From an uncultured Nostocoides sp. (GTDB lineage: Bacteria > Actinomycetota > Actinomycetes > Actinomycetales > Dermatophilaceae): DNA of 64,000 nucleotides. Location of the stretch: NCBI GenBank assembly GCA_937907685.1, contig CALCXF010000017.1:10448-74447 (forward strand), given 5' to 3'. The translations under genes and the position numbers were made by a program. Under the pieces are notes generated by a model, which was given only the letters and a program-made list of their open reading frames with translations, searched no databases and was not told the origin of the DNA. The first letter of the stretch is position 1; every line of letters starts with the position of its first letter. Positions 55,468-63,968 of the stretch are shown here, piece after piece.

Positions 55468-57246
55468 TCAGCCGTGGGTACGGAAGCCGCGGCCGGTCTT
55501 GCGCCCGAGGTAGCCCGCGGTCACGAGGTGCTCGAGAAGCGGTGTCGGCGCGTAGCCGGGCTCGCGGAACTCGGTGTAGAGCTCTCGCTCGATGGCCAGC
55601 GACACGTCGAGCCCGACGACGTCGAGCAGCTCGAACGGCCCCATGGGGAGGCCGCAGCCGGTCTTCATCGCCGTGTCGATGTCGTCGGCGCTCGCGTAGT
55701 TGCCCTCGAGCATCCGCACGGCGTCGTTGAGGTAGGGGAAGAGCAGGGCGTTGACGATGAACCCCGAGCGGTCCCCGCACGTGACCGCCACCTTGCCGAC
55801 CCTGGCGCAGAGGTCCTGGACCGTCGCGGTGATGTCGGGGGCGGTCGTCACCGTGTGCACGACCTCGACGAGCTTCATGACCTGGGCGGGGTTGAAGAAG
55901 TGCATGCCGATGACGTCCTCCGGCCGGGAGGTCACCTTCGCACAGTCGATGACGGGCAGCGAGGAGGTGGTCGTCGCGAGGATGGCGCCCGGCCGGCAGG
56001 TCCGGTCGAGGTCACGGAACAGCTCCTGCTTGACCCCGAGCTCCTCCGTGACGGCCTCGACGACGAGGTCGACCTCGGCGAGGGCATCGAGGGTCGTGGC
56101 TCCGGTGAGCCGCCCGAGCACGGCGTCGGCGTCCTCGGCGCCCATCCGTCCCTTCTCCACCTGGCGGGCGGTGCTGCGGGCGACGGCCGTCCTGACCCGC
56201 TCCACCTTCTCCTCGCCACGCCCGACGTACGTCACGGCATACCCGGCGGTGGCGAACACCTCGACGATGCCCGTCGCCATCGTTCCTGAGCCGACCACCC
56301 CGACGCTGCGCACCGGTCGCAGCTCCACGCCGGCGGGAGGGCCGCCCGTCGGCGTCTGCGGGTCCGGCACGACCTCCGGCGAGCCCGGCGCGGCATACGT
56401 GTAGAAGCCGCGCCCGCTCTTGCGGCCGAGCAGGCCGGCACTCACCATCTGCTTGATGATCGGGCTGGGGGCGTGCAGCCGGTTGCGGCCCTGGCGGTAC
56501 ATCGTGTCGAGGATCTCGTATGCCGTGTCGAGACCGATGAGGTCCAGGAGCGCGAGCGGGCCCATGGGATAACCGCAGCCGTAGCGCATCGCCGCGTCGA
56601 GGTCCTCCCGGCTGGCGTACCGGCTCTCGTACATCGACACCGCGTGGTTGAGGTAGCCGAAGAGCAGCGCGTTGGCGATGAACCCTGCCTTGTCCCCGAC
56701 GACGACGGGCTTCTTGCCCAGCCGCTCGGCGAGCGCCTTGACGTCCTCGAAGACGTCGTCGGCGGTGATGACGGTGCGGATGACCTCGACGAACTGCTGC
56801 ACCGGCGCGGGGTTGAAGAAGTGCATGCCGACGACCCGCTTGGGGTTCGACGTCGCCACGGCGATCTCGGTGACCGGCAGGGACGACGTGTTGGTCGCGA
56901 GGACGGCGTCGGCCGAGACCACCTGGTCGACGCGGCCGAGGAGCTCCTTCTTGAGGTCGAGGTGCTCCGGGACGGCCTCGACGACGAGCTGGCAGTCGGC
57001 GAGGTCACCGAGGTCCGTCGTGTACCTCACCCGCCGGTGCAGTGCGTCGTGTTCCTCCTGGGTCAGCTTGCCGCGGGCCAGGGCCCGTCCGGTGGAGCCG
57101 CCGAGCACCTGCCTGCCGTGCTCGACCCCCGCTTCGTCGACGTCGACAGCGACGACGTCGATTCCGGAGCGGGCGAAGACCTCCACGATCCCGGCACCCA
57201 TCGTGCCGAGTCCGATCACACCCACACTCGTGAAGGTCCGTGTCAT
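55468..57246 (-). CDS. 3-hydroxyacyl-CoA (3-hydroxybutyryl-CoA) dehydrogenase, two complete modules in tandem
   Basis: ORF 55468..57438 trimmed to ATG 57244-57246 (MTRTFTSVGVIGLGTMGAGI). A second Rossmann start, VGVVGSGTMATGI, occurs about 300 aa later. Both halves carry NTSSLP/TTSSLP, GMHFFNPA and GFIxNALL motifs. Confidence 0.9.
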   Translation of the reverse strand: MTRTFTSVGVIGLGTMGAGIVEVFARSGIDVVAVDVDEAGVEHGRQVLGGSTGRALARGKLTQEEHDALHRRVRYTTDLGDLADCQLVVEAVPEHLDLKKELLGRVDQVVSADAVLATNTSSLPVTEIAVATSNPKRVVGMHFFNPAPVQQFVEVIRTVITADDVFEDVKALAERLGKKPVVVGDKAGFIANALLFGYLNHAVSMYESRYASREDLDAAMRYGCGYPMGPLALLDLIGLDTAYEILDTMYRQGRNRLHAPSPIIKQMVSAGLLGRKSGRGFYTYAAPGSPEVVPDPQTPTGGPPAGVELRPVRSVGVVGSGTMATGIVEVFATAGYAVTYVGRGEEKVERVRTAVARSTARQVEKGRMGAEDADAVLGRLTGATTLDALAEVDLVVEAVTEELGVKQELFRDLDRTCRPGAILATTTSSLPVIDCAKVTSRPEDVIGMHFFNPAQVMKLVEVVHTVTTAPDITATVQDLCARVGKVAVTCGDRSGFIVNALLFPYLNDAVRMLEGNYASADDIDTAMKTGCGLPMGPFELLDVVGLDVSLAIERELYTEFREPGYAPTPLLEHLVTAGYLGRKTGRGFRTHG

Positions 57247-57358
57247 GTCGGCGATCCTTGCAGAGGCGCCGAGGGCCGACGAGACCCGTCGGGCGTGACG
57301 CTTCACACCCGACGCCGGGACGGGCAAGGATCCTGAGCGCCGACCGTGTGCGGCCGGG

Positions 57359-57778
57359 TCACCAGTCCTGACCGGCGGCGACGAGCTCTGCCTCGATCGC
57401 GAGCCGCTCGCCGGAGTGCAGCGGGGGGAGGCCGACATCCGTGGGCAGGTCGAGCCGCTCGCACAGCTGGAGGAGCAGGTGGTCGTACGCCGCGAGGACG
57501 GCCCTCAGCCGCATCGCCCGGTGTGGCGCGTCGCCCTCCTCGACCCGGCGGATCTCCGCCTCCAGGCGGCGCAGCTCCAGGCACAGCAGCACGGTCGGGA
57601 GCTGCTCCGCCACAGGGGCCGGCCGGACCCGCCGGTACAGCCGTCGGGCACCCTCCACCGCCGGGCGGAGGACCCGAGGCGGCTCACCCTCGAGGAACCA
57701 GCGCAAGGCCTCGCCCTGGGCGATGAACCAGGCTCCGGGCAGCACGACGAGAGCGCCCGCCAGCAGGGCTGCCCTCAT
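57359..57778 (-). CDS. hypothetical protein with N-terminal signal/TM segment
   Basis: ORF 57359..57826 trimmed to ATG 57776-57778 (MRAALLAGALVVLPGAWFIAQG...). The rest is helical and Arg/Leu-rich. No family recognised. Confidence 0.45.
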   Translation of the reverse strand: MRAALLAGALVVLPGAWFIAQGEALRWFLEGEPPRVLRPAVEGARRLYRRVRPAPVAEQLPTVLLCLELRRLEAEIRRVEEGDAPHRAMRLRAVLAAYDHLLLQLCERLDLPTDVGLPPLHSGERLAIEAELVAAGQDW

Positions 57779-57876
57779 CGGCCTCACCTCACCAGAAGTG
57801 TGCGCCCGGTGACCCACCTCAGGCAACGGATGTGCGGACGAATCCGAGCCGATCCTGGTCGGTAGGGTGACCCGTC

Positions 57877-58572
57877 GTGCGACTGGTGATCGCGACGTGC
57901 AGCGTCGACTACGAGGGGCGGCTCTCGGCGCACCTGCCCCTCGCCACGCGTCTCCTCCTCGTCAAGGCCGACGGCTCGGTGCTCGTCCACTCCGACGGTG
58001 GGTCCTACAAGCCGCTCAACTGGATGTCGCCCCCCTGCGCGCTGGCGGAGGTCCAGCCCGACCGTGCGGAGGCGGAGGAGGGCGTGACCACTGTCTGGGT
58101 CGTCCAGCACGCCAAGTCCGAGGACCGGTTGCGGGTACGGATCCACGAGGTGCACCACGACAGCTCGCACGACCTCGGCGTCGACCCGGGTCTCGTCAAG
58201 GACGGCGTGGAGGCCCACCTCCAGAGGCTCCTCGCCGAGCACATCACGACGCTCGGTGACGGCTGGAGCCTCACCCGCCGTGAGCACATGACCGCCATCG
58301 GGCCGGTCGACATCCTCTGCCGGGACGGCAGCGGCGCCACCGTCGCGGTCGAGATCAAGCGGCGGGGCGACATCGACGGGGTGGAGCAGCTCACCCGTTA
58401 CCTGGAGCTCATGAACCGCGACCCGCACCTCGCCCCGGTGACCGGTGTCTTCGCCGCCCAGGTGATCCGTCCCCAGGCCCGCACCCTCGCGGAGGACCGC
58501 GGCATCCGCTGCGTCGTCCTCGACTACGACACGCTCAAGGGCATCGACAGGAGCGAGCACCGGCTGTTCTGA
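57877..58572 (+). CDS. nucS: endonuclease NucS (EndoMS), non-canonical mismatch repair nuclease
   Basis: 231 aa: [21 protein letters not shown]..., [17 protein letters not shown]...VAVEIKRRG and the C-terminal clamp-binding-like tail ...HRLF. This is a textbook NucS sequence. Confidence 0.93.
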   Translation: MRLVIATCSVDYEGRLSAHLPLATRLLLVKADGSVLVHSDGGSYKPLNWMSPPCALAEVQPDRAEAEEGVTTVWVVQHAKSEDRLRVRIHEVHHDSSHDLGVDPGLVKDGVEAHLQRLLAEHITTLGDGWSLTRREHMTAIGPVDILCRDGSGATVAVEIKRRGDIDGVEQLTRYLELMNRDPHLAPVTGVFAAQVIRPQARTLAEDRGIRCVVLDYDTLKGIDRSEHRLF

Positions 58573-58589
58573 GCCGGCCCGTGGCCGGC
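58573..58589 (+). terminator. short GC hairpin directly after the nucS stop
   Basis: GCCGGCC-CGT-GGCCGGC: 7-bp stem, 3-nt loop, no U-tract. Weak candidate. Confidence 0.2.
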
Positions 58590-58602
58590 CCTGAGGGCGC
58601 GA

Positions 58603-58671
58603 CGGTCAGGCAGCGGCGGTCAGGCCGCGGCGGTAGGTCGCGGCGGTAGGCACACGGCCGTCAGGCCGCGG
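58603..58671. repeat. 13-14-bp tandem repeat, about 5 degenerate units
   Basis: CGGTCAGGCAGCGG / CGGTCAGGCCGCGG / CGGTAGGTCGCGG / CGGTAGGCACACGG / CCGTCAGGCCGCGG. The last unit contains the stop (58661-58663) of the convergent gene. Confidence 0.8.
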
Positions 58672-58963
58672 CCCAGGGAGTGACGGCCCAGCCGTCGTCG
58701 CCCACGTCCAGGCGGAGCCGGTCACCGGCCCCGTCGGAGGCCGAGGGCCTCCCCAGGTGCGCGAGCACGCCCGCGAGCGCGTCCGGCGCGAGCGTCACGA
58801 GCACACGCTCGCCCCGGTGCTGGTCCGCGATCGCCTGGAGCTCCGCGATGACGTCCGCATCCCCCTGCCAGGGCCCGTACGTCGCGGCGAGCCCCGGCTC
58901 CTCGGCGCCCGAGACGTCGCGCGAGCTCACGAGCAGCAGCGTTGCGGCGCAGTGCAGGGCCAT
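58661..58963 (-). CDS. hypothetical protein (100 aa)
   Basis: ORF 58661..59185 trimmed to ATG 58961-58963 (MALHCAATLLLVSSRD...). It sits 28 nt downstream of the mutase stop on the same strand. No family recognised. Confidence 0.45.
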   Translation of the reverse strand: MALHCAATLLLVSSRDVSGAEEPGLAATYGPWQGDADVIAELQAIADQHRGERVLVTLAPDALAGVLAHLGRPSASDGAGDRLRLDVGDDGWAVTPWAAA

Positions 58964-58991
58964 GTCCGGCACGCTACCCGCCGCGCTCGTG

Positions 58992-61061
58992 TCACGCCGG
59001 GGCGGGCGTGACGACGTCCACCGACAGTCCGCGGGATGCGCGGATGACCTCGACGAAGCGGACCATGATGTCGTTGAGCCCGAAGTCCTTGGGGGTGAAG
59101 ACCTCCGCGACGCCGAGCTCCTTGAGCCGAGCGGCGTCGGACTCGGGGATGATGCCCCCGACGATGACCGGCACGTCTCCGGCACCTGCCGCTCGCAGCC
59201 GGTCGAGCACCTCGGGCACGAGCTCCATGTGCGACCCCGAGAGGATCGAGATACCGACGAGGTGGACGTCCTCGGCCACGGCGGCCGCGACGATCTCCTC
59301 GGGAGTCAGCCGGATGCCCTGGTAGACCACCTCGAAGCCGGAGTCTCGGGCACGAACGGCCACCTGCTCCGCGCCGTTGGAGTGCCCGTCGAGGCCGGGC
59401 TTGCCCACGAGCACCCGCAGCCGCTCGCCCAGCTCCTCGCCGGTGCGCGTGACCAGTGCACGGACATCAGCGAGCGCCTCGGACCCCCCGCCGACGCCGA
59501 CGGAGCCAGACACCCCCGTCGGGGCACGGAACTCACCGAACACGCCACGCAGCGCCTCCGCCCACTCCCCCGTCGTCACCCCCGCGCGGGCGCACTCGAG
59601 GGTCGCGGCCATGAGGTTCGTCGGACCCTCCGCGTCGGCCTGCAGCCGGGCGAGCGCGGATGCCGCTCGCTGGCGTCCCTCCGGCTCGGCGTCGCGCTCC
59701 TCTCGCCATCGGCGGACGGCGGCGACCGCGAGCGCCTCGACGTCAGGGTCGACCGTCTGGGTGGCGGCGTCGAGGTCGGCCGTCAGCGGGTTCGGCTCGG
59801 TGGTCTGGAAGCGGTTCACGCCCACGACGACGTCCTCGCCGGCTTCGATCCGCTGTCGGCGCAGCGCGTGCGATGCCACGAGCTCGGACTTCAAGTAGCC
59901 GCCCTCGACGGCGGGCACCGCGCCCCCCAGCTCCTGGACCCGGTCGATCTCCGCCCGAGCGCCCTCGACGAGCTCGGCGACCTTGGCGGCAACCACGGCG
60001 GAGCCGTCGAAGAGATCGTCGTACTCCAGGAGGTCCGACTCGTGGGCCAGCACCTGCTGCATGCGCAACGACCACTGCTGGTCCCACGGCCGGGGCAGGC
60101 CGAGTGCCTCGTTCCAGGCCGGCAGCTGCACGGCTCGGGCCCGGGCGTCCTTGGACAGGGTGACGCCGAGCATCTCCAGGACGATGCGCTGGACGTTGTT
60201 CTCTGGCTGCGCCTCGGTGAGCCCGAGCGAGTTGACCTGGACCCCGTAGCGGAACCGGCGCTGTGCGGGATCCTCGACGCCGTAGCGGTCCCTGGTCAGC
60301 TCGTCCCAGAGCTCGACGAAGGCGCGCATCTTGCACATCTCCTCGACGAAGCGCACGCCCGCGTTGACGAAGAAGGACATTCGGGCGACGACCTCACCGA
60401 ACCGGTCGGGTGGCACCTGACCCGAGGCCTGAACCGTGTCGAGGACGGCGATGGCCGTACACATGGCGAAGGCGATCTCCTGCACCGGAGTCGCCCCGGC
60501 CTCCTGCAGGTGGTAGCTGCAGATGTTGACGGGGTTCCACCGCGGCATCTCGGCGACCGTGTAGGCCACGACATCGGTGGTGAGGCGCAGCGACGGGCCG
60601 GGCGGGAACACATAGGTGCCCCGCGACAGGTACTCCTTGATGATGTCGTTCTGCGTCGTCCCCGACAGGGCGCGCACGGCCTGCACCGGGTCGTCACCGG
60701 CCGCCTCCGCCTGCTCCTCCGCGGCCACCTGGTAGAGGGCAAGGAGCCACATCGCGGTCGCGTTGATGGTCATCGACGTGTTCATCCGCGCGATCGGGAT
60801 GTCGGCGAAGAGCGCCCGCACGTCGCCGATGTGCGTGATGGGCACGCCGACCTTGCCGACCTCTCCGCGAGCGAGCACGTGGTCGGGGTCGTACCCCGTC
60901 TGGGTCGGGAGGTCGAAGGCCACCGACAGCCCGGTCTGGCCCTTCGCGAGGTTCCGTCGGTAGAGGGCGTTGCTCGCGGCGGCGCTCGAGTGACCGGCAT
61001 ACGTCCGCATCACCCACGGGCGGTCGCGCTCGCGACGGGAGGCCTCGGTGCTCTCGGACAT
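58992..61061 (-). CDS. meaA: B12-dependent acyl-CoA mutase, single-chain MeaA/ethylmalonyl-CoA mutase type
   Basis: ORF 58992..61124 trimmed to ATG 61059-61061 (MSESTEASRRERDRPWVMRTYAGHSSA...). RTYAGHS and AFDLPTQTGYD are MeaA-like as I recall. The C-terminal B12 domain has GKPGLDGHSNGAEQV (DxHxxG). Confidence 0.85.
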   Translation of the reverse strand: MSESTEASRRERDRPWVMRTYAGHSSAAASNALYRRNLAKGQTGLSVAFDLPTQTGYDPDHVLARGEVGKVGVPITHIGDVRALFADIPIARMNTSMTINATAMWLLALYQVAAEEQAEAAGDDPVQAVRALSGTTQNDIIKEYLSRGTYVFPPGPSLRLTTDVVAYTVAEMPRWNPVNICSYHLQEAGATPVQEIAFAMCTAIAVLDTVQASGQVPPDRFGEVVARMSFFVNAGVRFVEEMCKMRAFVELWDELTRDRYGVEDPAQRRFRYGVQVNSLGLTEAQPENNVQRIVLEMLGVTLSKDARARAVQLPAWNEALGLPRPWDQQWSLRMQQVLAHESDLLEYDDLFDGSAVVAAKVAELVEGARAEIDRVQELGGAVPAVEGGYLKSELVASHALRRQRIEAGEDVVVGVNRFQTTEPNPLTADLDAATQTVDPDVEALAVAAVRRWREERDAEPEGRQRAASALARLQADAEGPTNLMAATLECARAGVTTGEWAEALRGVFGEFRAPTGVSGSVGVGGGSEALADVRALVTRTGEELGERLRVLVGKPGLDGHSNGAEQVAVRARDSGFEVVYQGIRLTPEEIVAAAVAEDVHLVGISILSGSHMELVPEVLDRLRAAGAGDVPVIVGGIIPESDAARLKELGVAEVFTPKDFGLNDIMVRFVEVIRASRGLSVDVVTPAPA

Positions 61062-61201
61062 GCGTCGAACGCTAGCCGCGTCGTTCGTCGCGCCGGAAGC
61101 AGCGAACACGGTGAGAGTGCCCACACGACCGCTGAGCCACGGTGGCCGCCCACCACCAACGGCAGGCGCCGCCGCCGCCGGGTGGCACCAGGGTCAGCGG
61201 G

Positions 61202-61534
61202 TCAACCGGCCGCGGCGGCGAGGGCGCGCGCGTCGACCGGCGGTCCTGCCAGCAGGCGGCTCAGCCGCGCTCGGCGCAGCAGTCGCCGGGTGCGGTCGTC
61301 CGCAGCGACGATGCGCAGCGGGCGCCCGGCCACCCTCGACCGGCGCAGCAACTCGACGATGAACCCGAACCCCGTCGCGTCGGCGACGTGGACCTCACCG
61401 AGGTCCAGCAGCACGGGTGAGCTCCCCCCAGCGATGAGCCCGTGCAGCCGCAGCCTCAGGTCCGCCACCGTGCGGACATCGAGCTGACCGCGCAGTGTCA
61501 CGTGACACCCGCGGTCGTCGTGGTGCTCCGTCAT
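61202..61534 (-). CDS. STAS domain protein (anti-sigma-factor antagonist-like)
   Basis: ORF 61202..62749 trimmed to ATG 61532-61534 (MTEHHDDRGCHVTLRGQLDVRTVADLR...VLLDLGEVHVADATGFGFIVELLRR). This is the SpoIIAA-like pattern. Confidence 0.7.
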   Translation of the reverse strand: MTEHHDDRGCHVTLRGQLDVRTVADLRLRLHGLIAGGSSPVLLDLGEVHVADATGFGFIVELLRRSRVAGRPLRIVAADDRTRRLLRRARLSRLLAGPPVDARALAAAAG

Positions 61535-61650
61535 GGCCACGATGGCCTTCCCCCGGTCCCCCACGGTGCCCCCTCTCCCTTGAATGTGCCTCCATTGAAC
61601 AGACCGGACCGGCTGGGCGTCTCCCCCATTCGGGTAAAGAACCGGCAAAG

Positions 61651-61667
61651 AACGGACAATGTCCGTT
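61651..61667. promoter_or_regulatory. 17-bp palindrome AACGGACA-A-TGTCCGTT in the low-GC divergent STAS/PduO intergenic region (operator candidate)
   Basis: Perfect 8-bp arms around one central base, 45 nt upstream of the PduO-type ATG (61712). It is preceded by the direct repeat AAAGAACCGG/AAAGAACGG and by TTGAAT (61580) and TTGAAC (61595) hexamers. Confidence 0.4.
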
Positions 61668-61711
61668 TGGTGCCAGGTGGGCCCCGAGGTGGCGTCTGCA
61701 AGGCTTGACCC

Positions 61712-62335
61712 ATGGTCAACCTCACCCGGATCTACACACGTACCGGCGACGACGGCACCACCGCGCTCGGTGACCTGAGCCGGACACGCAAGACCGACCC
61801 CCGTCTCGCGGCATACGCGGACGCCAACGAGGCGAATGCCGCCATCGGCGTCGCCGTGGCCTGTGGTGAGCTGCCCGACGACGTGCGCGCTGTTCTCACC
61901 CGGGTGCAGAACGACCTCTTCGACGTCGGGGCGGACCTGTCCACCCCCCTCCAGCGCTCCTATGACTACCCACCGCTGCGGGTGAAGGAGGAGTGGGTCA
62001 CCGAGCTGGAGGCCGACTGCGACCGCTACCTGGAGCGGCTCGAGAAGCTCCGGTCCTTCATCCTCCCTGGGGGCTCGGCGGGCGCTGCGCACCTCCACCT
62101 CGCCCTCACGGTCGTGCGCCGCGCGGAACGCTCGGTCTGGACGGCGCTCGACGCGTACGGCACGGAGTCGGGCGAGACGCGTGGCCAGGGCGGCGTCAAC
62201 CCGGTCACCGCGGCATACCTCAACCGGCTCTCCGACCTGCTGTTCGTGCTGGCCCGGTGCGCCAACCTCCCGGGTGGCGACGTGCTCTGGTCCCCGGGCG
62301 GCGGCCGCGAGACCCCACCGGACCAGCACGGCTGA
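61712..62335 (+). CDS. ATP:cob(I)alamin adenosyltransferase, PduO type
   Basis: 207 aa: IYTRTGDDGTT, RVQNDLFDVGADL, FILPGG, and RRAERS in the helix-bundle pattern. Confidence 0.88.
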   Translation: MVNLTRIYTRTGDDGTTALGDLSRTRKTDPRLAAYADANEANAAIGVAVACGELPDDVRAVLTRVQNDLFDVGADLSTPLQRSYDYPPLRVKEEWVTELEADCDRYLERLEKLRSFILPGGSAGAAHLHLALTVVRRAERSVWTALDAYGTESGETRGQGGVNPVTAAYLNRLSDLLFVLARCANLPGGDVLWSPGGGRETPPDQHG

Positions 62336-62391
62336 CCGCCGCACCTCCTGGATGCCGTCCGCCATCCACGCTGGCGCGGGCGGTGGCGGCC

Positions 62392-62823
62392 TCAGGCGAC
62401 GTTGGTGTTGTATCCCGGCGGGCCGGACTCCAGCCAGGCGCGCACAGCGGTGTAGGCGGCCGGGACGAAGGCGAACTCGCACGCCCGAGCCCCCGCGCGC
62501 GCAGTGACCGCCACCGGGTCGACGAGACCGGGGATGGGGTCGCGCAACGGCGTCGGCACGCCGAGGTCGAGCTCCCCGCGCGCCCAGGAGACCTCCGGGC
62601 GCAGGGAGGGGCCCACGACGCTGAACCACTCGAACCGGTCGGACCCCAGCCGCGCGAGACCGAGGCGCCACCGGGCCATCGGCCGGTCCCGGCGCGCGCA
62701 CAGCATGACGGGACGCCCGTCGCCGGCGATGAAGCGTCGACGCGCCCACACGAACGTGAGCGCGCCGACGAGGAGGAGGACGACGAGGGCGAGAGCCAGC
62801 TCGGCGACGGCGAGAGGCGTCAT
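62392..62823 (-). CDS. DUF2550 domain membrane-anchored protein
   Basis: 143 aa. An N-terminal TM is followed by ...WRLGLARLGSDRFEWF.... Its position directly downstream of atpC is what I remember for DUF2550 in actinobacteria. Confidence 0.7.
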   Translation of the reverse strand: MTPLAVAELALALVVLLLVGALTFVWARRRFIAGDGRPVMLCARRDRPMARWRLGLARLGSDRFEWFSVVGPSLRPEVSWARGELDLGVPTPLRDPIPGLVDPVAVTARAGARACEFAFVPAAYTAVRAWLESGPPGYNTNVA

Positions 62824-62847
62824 CCGAGCGGTCCCCTGCCCTCGATG

Positions 62848-63117
62848 TCAGGAGCCCATGCCGCTGGCGTCGACGGACTCGGCGACGATCGTCACCCGGT
62901 CATGGTCCACCGAGAGGAACCCTCCGTCGATCTGCGCCGATCGCCAGCTGCCACCGGAGTTGACCCGCACCTCGCCCTCGGCGAGCACGCAGAGGAGCGG
63001 TTGGTGACCCGGCAGGATGCCCAGGTCTCCCTCGATCGAGCGGGCGCTGACCTGGCTCGCCTCGCCCTCCCAGACCTTGCGGTCGGCGGCGACGAGTTCA
63101 ACCTGCAGTGAGCTCAC
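62848..63117 (-). CDS. atpC: F0F1 ATP synthase subunit epsilon
   Basis: 89 aa: LQVELVAADRKVWEGEASQVSARSIEGDLGILPGHQPLL... This is the typical epsilon N-terminal beta-sandwich. It is short and lacks a long C-terminal helical hairpin. Confidence 0.85.
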   Translation of the reverse strand: MSSLQVELVAADRKVWEGEASQVSARSIEGDLGILPGHQPLLCVLAEGEVRVNSGGSWRSAQIDGGFLSVDHDRVTIVAESVDASGMGS

Positions 63118-63218
63118 GATCGGTCCTCCAGGCGGGAAACGGTGTTCCCGGAGTGTATCGGGCGGGGTGCCGTGCGGCGGACGCGGCCGGTCTGCCGATC
63201 ACGCGGCCGCCACCTCCG

Positions 63219-63968
63219 TCACTGACCGAGGCGACGCATCACGACGAACTCCGGAAAGGGTTGCGGCACCACGCGATAGCGAGGTTCGATCCACCGGAGC
63301 AGCGGGTCGGACGCCGTCCTGCTGCCGGGGTCCGGTCCGGCGAGGTCGAGGTACGTCGTCGAGACGAGGAGGCATGCCGGCTCCCTGTCGGTTCGCTCGA
63401 TCCAGTCCACCGCGGCCTGGTTGGCGCCGCGGAACGCCCCGAGCCACAGGATGTTCGTGTCCATCGGCCCGTCGGCGAAGGCGAACGCGGCTGGGACGCC
63501 GTAGGCCAGCAGGCCGTCCCCGTCTCGCTGACAGCTCGCCACGGCCTTCTCCACCCGCTCGGCCTCCCGGTGCATCTCGCTGCTCGCAAGGATGCCGGTG
63601 GCCGCGCCGCTGTCGACCCGGTCCGAGAGCCGCCACGGAGCCAGGTCCCGAAAGGGCTGGGTGGTGTGCGTCGCGAACAGCACCGCGGTCGACGTCACGG
63701 CGGCGACCACCCACCAGCCAGCCGAGGCCGTGCGCGCCAGCGACCCCGTCGCGACGAGCACCGCGAACAGGGCAGGCGCCGTGGCGCCGGCGACCGCCCC
63801 CCACTGCGGAGACGACGAGGTCAGCGAGCTGATGAGCGGTGCCTGGACTGCCAAGGGCAGGACCCCGACGACCAGCAGGGCACCCAGACCGGCTGGCCTG
63901 AGGCTGGCCGCCGGCGCGGCGTCCGCCCTCGAGGTTCCCTCGACCATCCTGGGTTCCAAGCGGTCCAC
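63219..63968 (-). CDS. hypothetical membrane protein (possibly only the C-terminal part is visible or correctly started)
   Basis: 249-aa ORF. Hydrophobic N-terminal half (GLGALLVVGVLPLAV, AGWWVVAAVTSTAVLFA) and a soluble-looking C-terminal half (NILWLGAFRGANQAAVDWIERTDREPACLLV). The other frames here are Arg/Pro-rich noise. No family recognised. Confidence 0.5.
   Translation of the reverse strand: MDRLEPRMVEGTSRADAAPAASLRPAGLGALLVVGVLPLAVQAPLISSLTSSSPQWGAVAGATAPALFAVLVATGSLARTASAGWWVVAAVTSTAVLFATHTTQPFRDLAPWRLSDRVDSGAATGILASSEMHREAERVEKAVASCQRDGDGLLAYGVPAAFAFADGPMDTNILWLGAFRGANQAAVDWIERTDREPACLLVSTTYLDLAGPDPGSRTASDPLLRWIEPRYRVVPQPFPEFVVMRRLGQ

Noticed and set aside
57806-57830. A partial match (CCTCAGGCAACGGATG) to the arm of the palindromic repeat family, upstream of nucS.
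   Set aside because: Only about 10 nt match and there is no complementary partner arm nearby. This is probably chance.
61062-61711. A cobalamin riboswitch upstream of the B12-dependent mutase (61062-61201) or of the PduO-type adenosyltransferase (61535-61711).
   Set aside because: I could not find a B12-box-like core or the multi-helix architecture. The spacers (140 and 177 nt) are short for this riboswitch, and B12-dependent enzymes are not its usual targets. An Rfam scan would be decisive.
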